This document shows positions 1 to 10,054 of a stretch of DNA of 64,000 bases, in pieces. Every line of letters begins with the position of its first letter. Positions within the stretch are counted from its first letter, which is position 1. Made by a program: the position numbers and the translations under genes. A model generated the notes under the pieces. It did not search any database and was not told the origin of the DNA. It worked only from the letters and a program-made list of their open reading frames with translations. Source of the stretch: Gemmatimonadota bacterium (GTDB lineage: Bacteria; Latescibacterota; UBA2968; UBA8231); the NCBI GenBank assembly GCA_038153405.1, contig JAYOYH010000001.1:128156-192155 (forward strand), written 5' to 3'.

Positions 1-4
1 GCTG

Positions 5-1594
5 GTGCTGCTCCTGTGGAAAGTCCTCAAGAAAATACCCGACAATTTGCGCGAGGCGATTATCGATGCGCCGATTAGTCTAACGCTCGTGCGCAGCGAT
101 AGCCTGCTCTTTTTTGAAAATTATCGCTGCCATCAGGCACTGCACATAGGCTGCAGGCGCCGTACGATCTACCTGCCGGAAATTCTTCTGCACTCGGCCG
201 AGGAGCGCGGCTATGACTACTGGGCGCTAGCCGAGGGGTTGATCTTTTCTGCTTGGCTCCTGCTCGACTATTTGCTCTTGGTCGAAGTAATTAAATCCTA
301 CGGCGATTTGCTCGGCCAATACCCGAACTATAGGCTGGGTGAAGCGCTGCAACTCAAACTCATCGAGCGCGGCAACGGCCATCGGCGCGACAGTATTGAC
401 GAACACCGTTCGGAATTGGGCGAATTTGCCGATGCCTATCGCCGCCGACTGTTGGCTCTGCGTCCGCAAGAAGTAGCCAGCGGAGATAGTTTCGCCATTG
501 CGCGCGAAGTGTTTGACGCCGAGGTAGAAATGCGCTGGGCTCAGGACAAGATGGAGCGCATAGCGCAAGTTTTCGATTATCCGCGTCTCTTCCTATTCGA
601 CCGAGATATCATCCACGGCACGGCCCGCGAATTGGCTGAGGCGCGGAACTTGCCGATTGAACCGCGCTCATTTGCCGACGTGTTACACGACTACCGGGAT
701 GCGATACGCTTTGAGCGTCGGCCCCTCAAGGCTACGTTGGGCAAGAGCGTTATGCCCAAGCCGCGCGCGGTGTTTTTACAATCGGTCGTAGCGTTGGGTT
801 TGCGCGGTTTGCGCGGTTTTCTCGTCGCCTACGGCGAAAGGTCCGAAGGCGATGTGCGCGACCTCATGCATCCGCTGTGGATGTATCTGTGTTCGCTGAG
901 CTCCGATCCGGCCGGCGTTTTTTCGCGCATGGGGCGCTGCCGCGCGATTGGACGCGAGGGTATAAGTGAAGATTGGGAACGCCATCTTGCCGGCGTATTA
1001 ATTCGCCTAGATCGGGCGGAAAACTTTCGCCAGATGGTAGCCGAAGTAGGGCAAATGGGAGAGGGCGCACGCGTCGAGTTAGAGGAGTTAGTGCGCGTTC
1101 AGCGCATGGGTGAAGAGGACGAATGGGAGGCATTTAAGGGGCGCAAACAGGGCATCGTGACGCACGCCTGTATGGCGCTTGACACCCTAGATGGCGTGGT
1201 CGATGGCAAGGGCGAGATTAACTGGCACGAAGACGAGCGCATTTGCCAAGTGCTGGCCGATAGACCGCATCGGTTCAGTTCGGACCCCAGCGGTGTGCTC
1301 ATGTACATGCGCACCTATCAAAATGTGCTCAAGCGCTTTGGCGGTAGCGACCCGGACAGCCTCTTTATGCTCGCCTCTATTTTGCTACGCCTGGACAAGG
1401 CAGAGAACTACCCCGAGTTGCTCGAGTGCGTTTACGCCATGGAGACGCCGGCGTTTTCCGCGTTGCACAACGCATTTGAGCAGATTCCCGAACGAGACGT
1501 GCAGCGCCGGGAAATCCTCAAACAGGCGCGCATTCTATGGAGTCGCATGATGGCGCGCACGCGCCGGAGGGCTGCCAGGAGGAAAGAAATATGA
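5..1594 (+). CDS. Hypothetical helical protein with an internal repeat, probably 5'-truncated by the window
   Basis: Long ORF open from the window edge. Two copies of SSDPxGV...LAx(V/I)L(I/L)RLD(R/K)AEN(F/Y). Stop overlaps the next start (ATGA). Confidence 0.7.
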   Translation: MLLLWKVLKKIPDNLREAIIDAPISLTLVRSDSLLFFENYRCHQALHIGCRRRTIYLPEILLHSAEERGYDYWALAEGLIFSAWLLLDYLLLVEVIKSYGDLLGQYPNYRLGEALQLKLIERGNGHRRDSIDEHRSELGEFADAYRRRLLALRPQEVASGDSFAIAREVFDAEVEMRWAQDKMERIAQVFDYPRLFLFDRDIIHGTARELAEARNLPIEPRSFADVLHDYRDAIRFERRPLKATLGKSVMPKPRAVFLQSVVALGLRGLRGFLVAYGERSEGDVRDLMHPLWMYLCSLSSDPAGVFSRMGRCRAIGREGISEDWERHLAGVLIRLDRAENFRQMVAEVGQMGEGARVELEELVRVQRMGEEDEWEAFKGRKQGIVTHACMALDTLDGVVDGKGEINWHEDERICQVLADRPHRFSSDPSGVLMYMRTYQNVLKRFGGSDPDSLFMLASILLRLDKAENYPELLECVYAMETPAFSALHNAFEQIPERDVQRREILKQARILWSRMMARTRRRAARRKEI

Positions 1595-2664
1595 AGTGCG
1601 GTTGGTGGGTGTCGCTGCTGCTCGTAGGCTGTGCGTCACTGGGAGGAAAACCGGGTGCGCAGGTAGAGTTGGCCGCAGCCGCAGCGGATATGGTCGACCA
1701 GTTGGGCGGCGTGGATTCGGAATTTACCTGGGTTGGTTTGCGCGATGACAGCGGCAAGCAAACTTCGGCTACGCAGGCGGTAGAAGAATATCTGGTCTCA
1801 GAGTTGGTTCGTTCGCGCAGGCCTTTTTCCGTGGCGGACAATGGGTCGAGCACCTGGCCGGCCGATGCGGTGATTGGCGAGAGCGAACCAGGCGCGCGCT
1901 GGGCGCTGGGGGGGCGTTTGTCCGAGGACGGGCCATCGATGTATCTGCGTCTGTTCTTGGTCGATCTTCAGCGAGGCGAAATTGCACAGACGGCCGTGCG
2001 CAGCGTGCGCACCGCACACGTAGAGCGCGAAGTCGCGCAGCGCGCGCGTGCCGAAGGGCTGGGCAATACGGGCATGCCCTTGGAAGTTGAACTGCACTGG
2101 GTGCTGCTGCGCAAAGAGGGCGAACTCCGCCAGCCCGTCCAGTTGAGCGAGGGGATGAGCGTGCGCGAGGGCGATGAATTGCAGGTGCGCTTTCGCCTGA
2201 GCCGCGATGCCCAAGTCTTGGCCTTTCTCTACAGTTCGGAAGGCGAGGTGTTATCGCTGGTTCCCGACGAGTTCCGCTATTCGGGACTGCCCTATTACGG
2301 CCCGAGTGAAAATGGCTGGGTTACACTTGGTGCGTTGGATCGGGTATACACCGTCTATTTTATGGCCGGTCCACGCCTGTTAGAAGAGAATGCGGATGAG
2401 TTTTACGAACGTCTTGACGAATTAGTCGAACAGAGACAGGTGGATCGCTTTGTCGGGCTAGCCAAGCAGGACGAAGTAGTCGTAGAGTTTTTGCAGCGCA
2501 GTTTTTCGGGTAATAGGACGATCGAGGTAGTGCGCGACGGTGCGGTCATCGCCGATGGCCGCGAGGAGACGTTGGTTTACAGCGATGGCACCCGCTTGCA
2601 AAGCGTTGCCGAAAAGCTGAGTGCGTCCGTAGTCGTGCGCGCTATCAGCTTTTCGGTTCAGTAA
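1591..2664 (+). CDS. Lipoprotein with an N-terminal FlgO/CsgG-like domain and a DUF4384-like domain
   Basis: ATG at 1591 after AGGAGG. Lipobox LLLVG-C. Motif LxxGxxVREGDELQVRFRLSRDAQV is typical of DUF4384. Domain names are inferred. Confidence 0.6.
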   Translation: MKCGWWVSLLLVGCASLGGKPGAQVELAAAAADMVDQLGGVDSEFTWVGLRDDSGKQTSATQAVEEYLVSELVRSRRPFSVADNGSSTWPADAVIGESEPGARWALGGRLSEDGPSMYLRLFLVDLQRGEIAQTAVRSVRTAHVEREVAQRARAEGLGNTGMPLEVELHWVLLRKEGELRQPVQLSEGMSVREGDELQVRFRLSRDAQVLAFLYSSEGEVLSLVPDEFRYSGLPYYGPSENGWVTLGALDRVYTVYFMAGPRLLEENADEFYERLDELVEQRQVDRFVGLAKQDEVVVEFLQRSFSGNRTIEVVRDGAVIADGREETLVYSDGTRLQSVAEKLSASVVVRAISFSVQ

Positions 2665-2687
2665 ATTTTCACGGCAAAGGAGATACG

Positions 2688-3461
2688 ATGGCACACGTCA
2701 AGATAACGTATATAGGTCACGCGTCGTTCCGCTTTGATTCGCAGAAGGGAACGAGCGTATTTTTCGATGCTTGGCTCGATGAGAACCCGCTGGCCAAGCT
2801 CAAACTGGCCCAGGTGAAAAAGGCCGACATCGTCGTCGCCAGCCACGGACACAACGATCACATCGGCGATAGCTTTGCGCTGTGCAAGAAAACGCGCGCC
2901 AAATTTGTCGGCAACTACGAACTGTGCCTGGCCGCTCAGGCCAACGGGCTGGCATTGGGGTCGCGCGCGCTTCCGCTCAATCCAGGGGGCTCGATAAAGG
3001 TAAAAGACGTGCAATTGACCATGGTCCAAGCCTTCCATTCGCTGTCGATGTCGCCGCGCGTTATGCCGGGACCACTGGGCGAGGGACAGGTTTTTCACGC
3101 CGATGGCACCGTGGGCGGATATGTAATGGCCTTTGACAACGGCATTAGTATATACGACACCTCGGATACGTGTTTATTTAGCGATATGCAACTGATCGGG
3201 CAGATGTATGGTCCACAGGTCGCTATTCTGCCGGTGGGCGGCAAATTCACTATGGGCGTGCGCGAGGCGGCTCGCGCCGCCAGTTACATTCGTCCCGACA
3301 TTGTCATTCCCTGCCACTACGGCGAGGTGATGGGGCAGCCGGCCGATATAGAGGAGCTAAAGGCACAAGTGAAGTTTCTCTCGCCCAATACGGAGGTCGT
3401 CGCGCTGAAACCGGGGCAGTCGGTTACCTATACAGCCAGCTCGTACCGGGTGGGTAAATGA
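2688..3461 (+). CDS. Metal-dependent hydrolase, metallo-beta-lactamase fold (UPF0173-like)
   Basis: ITYIGHASF, SHGHNDH, and IPCHY motifs. Confidence 0.9.
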   Translation: MAHVKITYIGHASFRFDSQKGTSVFFDAWLDENPLAKLKLAQVKKADIVVASHGHNDHIGDSFALCKKTRAKFVGNYELCLAAQANGLALGSRALPLNPGGSIKVKDVQLTMVQAFHSLSMSPRVMPGPLGEGQVFHADGTVGGYVMAFDNGISIYDTSDTCLFSDMQLIGQMYGPQVAILPVGGKFTMGVREAARAASYIRPDIVIPCHYGEVMGQPADIEELKAQVKFLSPNTEVVALKPGQSVTYTASSYRVGK

Positions 3462-3506
3462 GCGCAGGGCGGGCGCACGGAATGCTATGGTGCGTCCGCC
3501 CTGCGC
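3462..3506. terminator. GC-rich hairpin between convergent genes, possible bidirectional terminator
   Basis: GCGCAGGGCGGGCGCAC pairs with GTGCGTCCGCCCTGCGC (17 bp, one G-U). No U-tract. Confidence 0.55.
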
Positions 3507-3521
3507 GGTAGAATAGATCGC

Positions 3522-4712
3522 TTAGAGCACAGCCGCTATGGCGGTGCACAGTGCGTCCATATTGGCGGCGGTCATGCCGGCGACGTTGATGCGTCCGCCA
3601 CCGACGATGTAAATGGCGTATTCTTCGCGCAGGCGTTGAACTTGCGCATCGCTCAGCCCCGAGTAGGAAAACATGCCGCGCTGACGAGCGATAAAGGAGA
3701 AGTCGCCCGGGGCGCCCTTGGCCCGAAGAGAATCGACAAAGAGCTGGCGCATCCCGTTGATGCGCGCGCGCATTTCGGCCACTTCGCCTTCCCACTGCGC
3801 ATGCAGCACCTCATCCGACAAGATTTCTGCGACGATGGCCGAGCCGTGTGCCGGCGGGTTTGAATAACTAGTGCGCACGGCAATTTTAAGGTGGCTCAGG
3901 CCGCGCGCTGCCGCATCGCCGCTGGCGGCTACGAGCGTGAGGGCGCCAATGCGCTCCTGATATAGGCCAAAGTTTTTGGAAAAAGACGATGCGATGAACA
4001 GTTCCTGGCCGGGGCGGCATAGGGCGCGCAGGCCGGTCGCATCTTCGTCGATGCCGTCGCCAAATCCCTGATAGGCGAAATCGACCAGCGGTAGCCAGCC
4101 GCGTTCCTGTGCGGCGTCGGCAATTTGCTCCCACTGCGCTGGGGTCGGATCGACGCCGGTTGGGTTGTGGCAGCAGCCGTGCAGCAGGACGACATCGCCC
4201 GCGGGTATTTCGTTCAGCGCTGCTAGCATGGCGGAAAAATCTAGGCCGTTGTGGGTGGCGTCGAAATAGGGATAGGTCTGCACGTCGATGCCGGCGGCCT
4301 GAAATATTTTGGGATGGTTGGCCCAAGTCGGCTGGCTAAGCCACAGGCGCGCGGTGGGAAAATGGCGATGCAGAACGTCGCCTGCGATGCGCAGTGCGCC
4401 GGTGCCCCCGGGGCTCTGCACCGTCGCTGCGCGCCCGCTGCGCACGATTTCGTGCTCAGTGCCCAGCAGCAGGCTCTGCACGGCGCGATTGTACTCAGGC
4501 GTCCCATCAATGGCCAGATAGCTCTTGGAAGTGGCGCTGGCCAGAATGCGCTTTTCCGCTTCGGCCACCGACGGCAGGATCGGCGTTTTTCCCGCATCGT
4601 CTTGGTAGACGCCGACGCCGAGGTTGATCTTGTTGGGGTTGTCGTCGCTCTTGAAGGCGGCGCTGAGGCCCAGAATGGGATCGGCGGGCGCCATATCTAA
4701 TTTTTCGAACAT
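3522..4712 (-). CDS. aspC: Aspartate/aromatic amino acid aminotransferase (class I)
   Basis: APADPILGL, KINLGVGVY, HGCCHNPTG, SFSKNFGLY and GRIN motifs; 396 aa. Could be the tyrB paralog. Confidence 0.9.
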   Translation of the reverse strand: MFEKLDMAPADPILGLSAAFKSDDNPNKINLGVGVYQDDAGKTPILPSVAEAEKRILASATSKSYLAIDGTPEYNRAVQSLLLGTEHEIVRSGRAATVQSPGGTGALRIAGDVLHRHFPTARLWLSQPTWANHPKIFQAAGIDVQTYPYFDATHNGLDFSAMLAALNEIPAGDVVLLHGCCHNPTGVDPTPAQWEQIADAAQERGWLPLVDFAYQGFGDGIDEDATGLRALCRPGQELFIASSFSKNFGLYQERIGALTLVAASGDAAARGLSHLKIAVRTSYSNPPAHGSAIVAEILSDEVLHAQWEGEVAEMRARINGMRQLFVDSLRAKGAPGDFSFIARQRGMFSYSGLSDAQVQRLREEYAIYIVGGGRINVAGMTAANMDALCTAIAAVL

Positions 4713-4778
4713 TGCGTACCTTTGCGTGAATTGGGTGAAGACTCCATAAAATAATTAAGATGTAACCGGAGGAAAACC

Positions 4779-5453
4779 GTGTTCAAAAAGCTACTGCGCG
4801 CCTGCGGCTATGACCTGAGGCGGCGGCGGTGGACGCCGAATCATTTGGCTAAACTCATCGATGCGCGCACCGTAGTGGATGTGGGCGTGGCCTTTGGCAC
4901 TTGGGAACTTTATCGAGCATTTCCACAAGCCCATTTTCTGCTGGTCGAACCGCTGCGCGACTATGCGCACAATTTGCAGAAAATCGCTGCTCAATACCGC
5001 TGCGACATCGTGTACAAAGCGCTGGGAGATGTGGAAGAACGACGCGAAATCTACGTAGATCCGCACATTCTAACGCGCTCTTCGCTGCACGAGCGCACGG
5101 CGTTGACGCAGACCGGATCGCCGCTGGAAACGCGCCAGATAGAGGTGACGACCCTCGATACGCTGCTCGAGGTGTATCCCAGTTTGGAGCGACCGCTGCT
5201 GCTAAAGATCGACACCGAAGGGTTCGAGCTGAACGTCATACGCGGTGGGGAGCAATTTTTGCAGTGCACCGACGTGGTGATAGCGGAAGTGTCGATTGCC
5301 GAGCGCTTTGCCGGATCGTACGCCTTTGCCGAGTTTATCGCCGCCATGGACGAACGCAATTTTTCCGTCCACGATGTCCTGCGTCTGAGCTACCGTCGCG
5401 ATGGGGCCGGCACGCAAATGGCCGACATCGCCTTTGTGCGTCGCCCCGTCTGA
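4779..5453 (+). CDS. FkbM-family methyltransferase
   Basis: VVDVGVAFG, LVEP, VTTLD and LLKIDTEGFE motifs. Confidence 0.85.
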   Translation: MFKKLLRACGYDLRRRRWTPNHLAKLIDARTVVDVGVAFGTWELYRAFPQAHFLLVEPLRDYAHNLQKIAAQYRCDIVYKALGDVEERREIYVDPHILTRSSLHERTALTQTGSPLETRQIEVTTLDTLLEVYPSLERPLLLKIDTEGFELNVIRGGEQFLQCTDVVIAEVSIAERFAGSYAFAEFIAAMDERNFSVHDVLRLSYRRDGAGTQMADIAFVRRPV

Positions 5454-5454
5454 C

Positions 5455-5931
5455 CTAGCGCCGGCGGTAGGTGGCAAAAACTAGGTCGCCCTCTTGGTGG
5501 CGCGCTGTTTCCTCCCATGCTCTCGGGTCCCACTCGGGGAAGAACGCATCGCCCTCTACTTCGAGTGGGATAAAGGTCAATACCATTTCGTCCGTTTCCG
5601 CCAGCGCCTGTTGGTATATCTCTGCACCGCCGAGGACAAAAACCTTGTCCTTTCCCTCTTCGGCCGCGCGCGCAAAGGCCTCCTGCAAATTATTGAAGAC
5701 CGGGGCACCGCCTTCGGCGCAGTAGGATGCATCGCGACTGAGGACAATGTTTAGGCGACCGGGCAGCGGCCGCACCTGGAATGACTCATAGGTTTTGCGG
5801 CCGGCGATGACGGGATAGCCGCGCGTCGTGTCGCGGAAGTGCTTCATATCGGCTGGATAGTGCCAGGGAATGCCGTTGTTGAATCCAATGGCGCCGTTGG
5901 AACTGATGGCGGCAATGATGCATTTGATCAC
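5455..5931 (-). CDS. folA: Dihydrofolate reductase
   Basis: IGxNNGIPWHYPADMKHF, GRKTYES, RPLPGRLNIVLS, GGAEIY and GDAFFP motifs. Confidence 0.95.
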   Translation of the reverse strand: MIKCIIAAISSNGAIGFNNGIPWHYPADMKHFRDTTRGYPVIAGRKTYESFQVRPLPGRLNIVLSRDASYCAEGGAPVFNNLQEAFARAAEEGKDKVFVLGGAEIYQQALAETDEMVLTFIPLEVEGDAFFPEWDPRAWEETARHQEGDLVFATYRRR

Positions 5932-6671
5932 GTAGCTTTTTCTCCTGGGTGAAAAAAGGGGTAGACGACCTGGTGATCAGAGCGCTGAGCCTCATCGACC
6001 GAGCCGGTGAATACGACGCGGCCGGCATCGAGCATGATAAGGCGACCGTTCAGGCGTCCAATGCTCAGCAACTCGTGTGTAACAACGACGATGGTGATAC
6101 CCAACTCGTGGTTCAGGGTGAGCAGGAGTTCATCGATTTCGGCAGCGGTCACTGGATCGAGACCGGCCCCGGGTTCATCGCAAAAAAGGATCTCTGGATC
6201 GAGCACCATGGCTCGCGCTAGGGCAGCCCTTTTGCGCATGCCACCCGATAGCTCGTCGGGAAAGCGCTCGTAGGCGTGTTCGAGCGAGACGCTGGCCAGG
6301 CGCATGCGCACGATGTCTTCTACTAAGTCGCGCGGCAGGTCGGTGTGCATCTCTAGCGGCAGGGCGATATTCTCGCCCACGGTGAGCGAATTGAGTAGGG
6401 CGCCGTACTGAAACATGACGCCGAGTCGCACGGCCAGGCGCGGCCGGCTGCTCTCGTCGAGCATCGACGTATCGATACCCAGCACGTCAATGCGTCCCGA
6501 GCGCGGCTGCACTAAGCCGATAATGGTCTTGAGCAGGGTGCTTTTGCCACAGCCGCTACCGCCGAGGACGACGGCTATTTCACCCCGGTTGATGTGCGCG
6601 CTGACCCCGTCCAAAACGGTTGTTTCGCCGTAGGCCACGCGCAGGTCGGCAATGTCGATGGCCGCTTCCAT
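5928..6671 (-). CDS. mlaF: MlaF-type ABC transporter ATPase
   Basis: Walker A GGSGCGKS, FQYGAL, LSGGMRKRAALARA and DEPGAGLDP; MCE operon context. Confidence 0.9.
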   Translation of the reverse strand: MEAAIDIADLRVAYGETTVLDGVSAHINRGEIAVVLGGSGCGKSTLLKTIIGLVQPRSGRIDVLGIDTSMLDESSRPRLAVRLGVMFQYGALLNSLTVGENIALPLEMHTDLPRDLVEDIVRMRLASVSLEHAYERFPDELSGGMRKRAALARAMVLDPEILFCDEPGAGLDPVTAAEIDELLLTLNHELGITIVVVTHELLSIGRLNGRLIMLDAGRVVFTGSVDEAQRSDHQVVYPFFHPGEKAT

Positions 6672-6672
6672 A

Positions 6673-7761
6673 TCAGTAAAACAGCAGGTTGAAGATCAGG
6701 TCTAGCACGATGATGCCAACCAGCGAGCTAACGACTGAAGCAGTAATGGCGCGGCCGACGCCCACCGCCCCTCCGCTGAAATTGAGTCCGCGGTACACGG
6801 AGATAACGGTGATGATCCAGGCGAACGAGACGCTTTTAACTAAGCCGGTTGCGATGTCTTTGAGGAAGAGCGACGAGATGACTTGGTTGACGAAGGCGAC
6901 CGGCGCGATTCCCATCGACGTCACGCCGACAACGGTGCCGCCGAGAATGCCGATAAAGTCGGCCATAATCGTCAGCAGAGGCATGCTGATGACCATCGCC
7001 CACATCTTGGGCACGGCGACAAAACGCAGGGGTTCGAGGGCCATGGTGCGCAGCGCATCAAGTTCTTCGGAAAACTTCATTGTCGCCACTTCGGCGGCAA
7101 TGGCCGAACCGGAGCGGCCGGAGACCATAATGGCGGTCATGAGCGGGCCCAATTCGCGCGTGATGCCGATGGCTAGCAGATCGGCGACGAATATATCCGC
7201 GCCAAACTGACGCAGCTGCACGGCCGACTGCAGCGCCGAGACCGCGCCGATGAGGAAGATGATGAGGCCGACAATGGGCAGGGCCTGGGCGCCGATGGCA
7301 TAGGCCTGATCGACGAAGGAGTCGCGGCGGATGCTGTGGCGATGCCACAGCGCGTGTACGGCAAAGTAGCTCAGATCTGACATTAAGTAGAGAAAGTCGC
7401 CCGCCCGCTCGCAGAGTTGGATAATGCCTTCGCCCAGCTTTTCGAGTCGGCTTGGGCGCGCTGTTGTTGGGCGCGCCGGCGCGCGGGTGGGCGTGGCAAA
7501 CTCGAAGAGGGGGCGCAGGTGGATGGGAAGGGGGCCTAGCTCAAGCCGGCACCCGTGCTGGGCTGCCAAGTCGGGAAGGCGGTGTAGAAATATGGCGCCG
7601 GCCGTATCGAGATGGACGAGTGCGCTGAGGTCAGTGGTCCAATGCGCCGCCGGTTCCGAGGCGAAGAGCTGGCGAATATGCGCGTCGACTTGGGCCAGAT
7701 TGGCGATGGCTAACGCGTCGTCAAAGACCAGCGTGTGGCCGTCGCTGCGCACGGCGTTCAT
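6673..7761 (-). CDS. mlaE: MlaE-type permease with an N-terminal STAS-like domain
   Basis: DLSALVHLDTAG (STAS), RELGPLMTAIMVSGRSGSAIAAE and GAVGVGRAITASVV motifs. Confidence 0.9.
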   Translation of the reverse strand: MNAVRSDGHTLVFDDALAIANLAQVDAHIRQLFASEPAAHWTTDLSALVHLDTAGAIFLHRLPDLAAQHGCRLELGPLPIHLRPLFEFATPTRAPARPTTARPSRLEKLGEGIIQLCERAGDFLYLMSDLSYFAVHALWHRHSIRRDSFVDQAYAIGAQALPIVGLIIFLIGAVSALQSAVQLRQFGADIFVADLLAIGITRELGPLMTAIMVSGRSGSAIAAEVATMKFSEELDALRTMALEPLRFVAVPKMWAMVISMPLLTIMADFIGILGGTVVGVTSMGIAPVAFVNQVISSLFLKDIATGLVKSVSFAWIITVISVYRGLNFSGGAVGVGRAITASVVSSLVGIIVLDLIFNLLFY

Positions 7762-9272
7762 AGCAGGTAGACAAAGCGCAGCAGGGCCTGCTGTTCGGAC
7801 TGCAGGCGAAGAATCGGTTTCCTGCGCTGGATGTCGACAACCAGGTCGAGGTTTACAAAACGGCTAAGCTGCACGCGCCAGCGATTTTCCCAAGAGAACT
7901 CCCACGAATCCGTTTTAATACTCGGGATAAGCAGCTCAAATTCCGAGTCCAGACTAACGAAGCGCGAGAGGCGCGAGTCGAGAACCAGCAGCGTCTCCAA
8001 GCCGATGCTTTTGGCCGTCTTGATTTGGCGTGCACTGGTGCGGTCTTGGTTCAGGTCGTAGGTGTCAAAGACAAAGGTCTGGCGCGCTCCCAATCCAAGG
8101 CGCATGGCCAAGTTGAGGGGAAAACTGCGCACGAGCTGTGAGTTAATCCCCAATCCCTGGCTAAACTCGAGCGGGCTGAGTGCTGGTGAAATGGTGAACT
8201 CGCTGATGTCCACGAGCGTCGTCGTATCGCCGAGGGCATCGATTTGATAGAGGGTTTGCCGTTGGTCAAAGCGCGCCTCGGTGGCAAAGAGCTTGGCCGA
8301 GAGTTGCCCGCGTAGATAGGGACCAAAGCGCTCGGACAGTCCGCGATGGATATAGGTGCCGCGCAGGTCGAAGTCGTCAATCGACTTGCGGAAGGCATCG
8401 CCCTCTTCGCGAGTGAATCCCTCCTCGACAATAAAGCGCAAATTGGCAAAGGTGCGCTCTGAATTGTAGCTGGCCCGCCCGAAGACCTGCGCCGAAAGCG
8501 AGAAGATCGACTGGTCGTTTCCGGTAGTGTTTTGCGAAGTGGTGAACTGGGTCGAACCGCTCAGCTGCCACGAGGTCTTCCAATTTGACGAGCGGCCCTG
8601 ACCCAAAAGGCCCTGTAGGGTCGGCGGGTAAAATCCGATAAAGCTGAAGCTGTTGGTATCGACTACGAGATTGCGCTGCACCAGCTCGCCCGGCTCTAAG
8701 CGAACGCTGAACTTATTGGTCGTGGATAAATTGTCGCCGACGTTGAGCACGGTGTATACGCCGGCTGGCAGTAGCCAGGTCTTTACGGCTTCGCCGCGCT
8801 CTTCTTCAATGCCAAAACCGATGCCGTAGTTTTCCTGCTGGTCCTGCCAGTAGAGCTCATAGGCTTCGTTGACCGACGTGCGGTTGGCGTCGATGACGTT
8901 GATGACTAGAGCCGACCAGAAGGGTTTGACCAGCGTCGTCATCCCCTCGCGGACTTCGACGATGCGGCTCATCATTTGCGCTATGGAGCCAGAGCCGATA
9001 AAGACCTCATAGTAGCCGGGTGACAGCAAGGTGCCGGTGCCGGGGTTGGCTTCGGCTACCTCGTCTTTTCCCTGAAAAACGCGATAGCGCGGCTCGTTGA
9101 GCGAGTTGGACATGGTGGGGACAAAGAGAAAGCCCTTGCCCATGGGAATGAGCGTTGGATCGCGTTCGAGTTGGGCGCGCGACGGAGCGGCAATCCACGA
9201 ATAGCTCTTGTCCTGAGCGAGGGCTCCGCCCTGCTGGGCAATAAGGGCGATGAGAAAAATGAGTAGGCGCAT
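7758..9272 (-). CDS. Exported protein with a predicted C-terminal beta-barrel (DUF3078/DUF481-like)
   Basis: Sec signal ending ALA-Q. C-terminal half has alternating amphipathic strands and ends QALLRFVYLL. Coupled to mlaE. Confidence 0.6.
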   Translation of the reverse strand: MRLLIFLIALIAQQGGALAQDKSYSWIAAPSRAQLERDPTLIPMGKGFLFVPTMSNSLNEPRYRVFQGKDEVAEANPGTGTLLSPGYYEVFIGSGSIAQMMSRIVEVREGMTTLVKPFWSALVINVIDANRTSVNEAYELYWQDQQENYGIGFGIEEERGEAVKTWLLPAGVYTVLNVGDNLSTTNKFSVRLEPGELVQRNLVVDTNSFSFIGFYPPTLQGLLGQGRSSNWKTSWQLSGSTQFTTSQNTTGNDQSIFSLSAQVFGRASYNSERTFANLRFIVEEGFTREEGDAFRKSIDDFDLRGTYIHRGLSERFGPYLRGQLSAKLFATEARFDQRQTLYQIDALGDTTTLVDISEFTISPALSPLEFSQGLGINSQLVRSFPLNLAMRLGLGARQTFVFDTYDLNQDRTSARQIKTAKSIGLETLLVLDSRLSRFVSLDSEFELLIPSIKTDSWEFSWENRWRVQLSRFVNLDLVVDIQRRKPILRLQSEQQALLRFVYLL

Positions 9273-9277
9273 GGCGT

Positions 9278-10054
9278 TTACCGGGCGAGTTTGCCGGGCA
9301 GAATCTCGTAGTCCTGTTCGTCTGTCTCAACGCGTTCTACGCTGATCGTATCCACTGCAGTCCCTTCGACGTCGAGCGCGTCGAAGGCCAGCGGGGCGCT
9401 TTGCGTGCCGCGCTTCATATTGAGGAAGATAAAGTCGATTTCGCGCATAGACGTTTCCATCTGCTGGCTGAGAATCTGGCTAAAAGCTGCAACGGTGTGC
9501 TTCATTGCGGGAAAGAAGACCTGCCGCTCCTCATCGAAGTCCTTTTGCCAGATAACCAGCGCGTCCTCTTGGCGCACCAATTCCATGCTGAGGGCGAGGT
9601 GGGCCGCCCAAATGTCACCGCTGTCAAAGCGCTCGAGCGCTTTGACCGTGCCGCTGAGGACGTAGTCGGGACGCCGGTCGTAGAAGTCGCGGTCGTCGCC
9701 GATATAAGTAAACAGGTTGGCCTGCCGCAAATACTGCTGGATGGCGTCGGTGAACAGGTCGCCCGGCCGCGTTATCCAGTTGTGCAGCGGATCGCGGTGG
9801 AGTTCGTATTCGTCGCGGCGAAATATGATTTCCATGCGATTGTAGGCGCGCTGCACGTCAAACGGCTTGACCTGCACCTGCACGGCGTAGGGGCGCTCGG
9901 AGCGCTCGAGGCTGTTGCGCACGGGTTCGGCACTAAAATCGTAAAAGCGCCGCTGTGGTAGCTCGGCATTGCCGCCAAGAAATTGGCCGCAGGCCGAACT
10001 CAGTGCGCACAGTGCGAACAGCGCTAGGTATTTACCGAAGTTATTCGCTGCCAC
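9278..10054 (-). CDS. ABC-transport auxiliary lipoprotein (PqiC-like)
   Basis: Likely GTG start at 10054 after GGGGA. Lipobox LSSA-C. WxxRP and DYVLSGTVKALE motifs. Confidence 0.8.
   Translation of the reverse strand: MAANNFGKYLALFALCALSSACGQFLGGNAELPQRRFYDFSAEPVRNSLERSERPYAVQVQVKPFDVQRAYNRMEIIFRRDEYELHRDPLHNWITRPGDLFTDAIQQYLRQANLFTYIGDDRDFYDRRPDYVLSGTVKALERFDSGDIWAAHLALSMELVRQEDALVIWQKDFDEERQVFFPAMKHTVAAFSQILSQQMETSMREIDFIFLNMKRGTQSAPLAFDALDVEGTAVDTISVERVETDEQDYEILPGKLAR

Noticed and set aside
5455..5931. folA as a functional part of the MCE system
   Set aside because: It overlaps mlaF by 4 bp but has no mechanistic link; likely a co-transcribed housekeeping gene.
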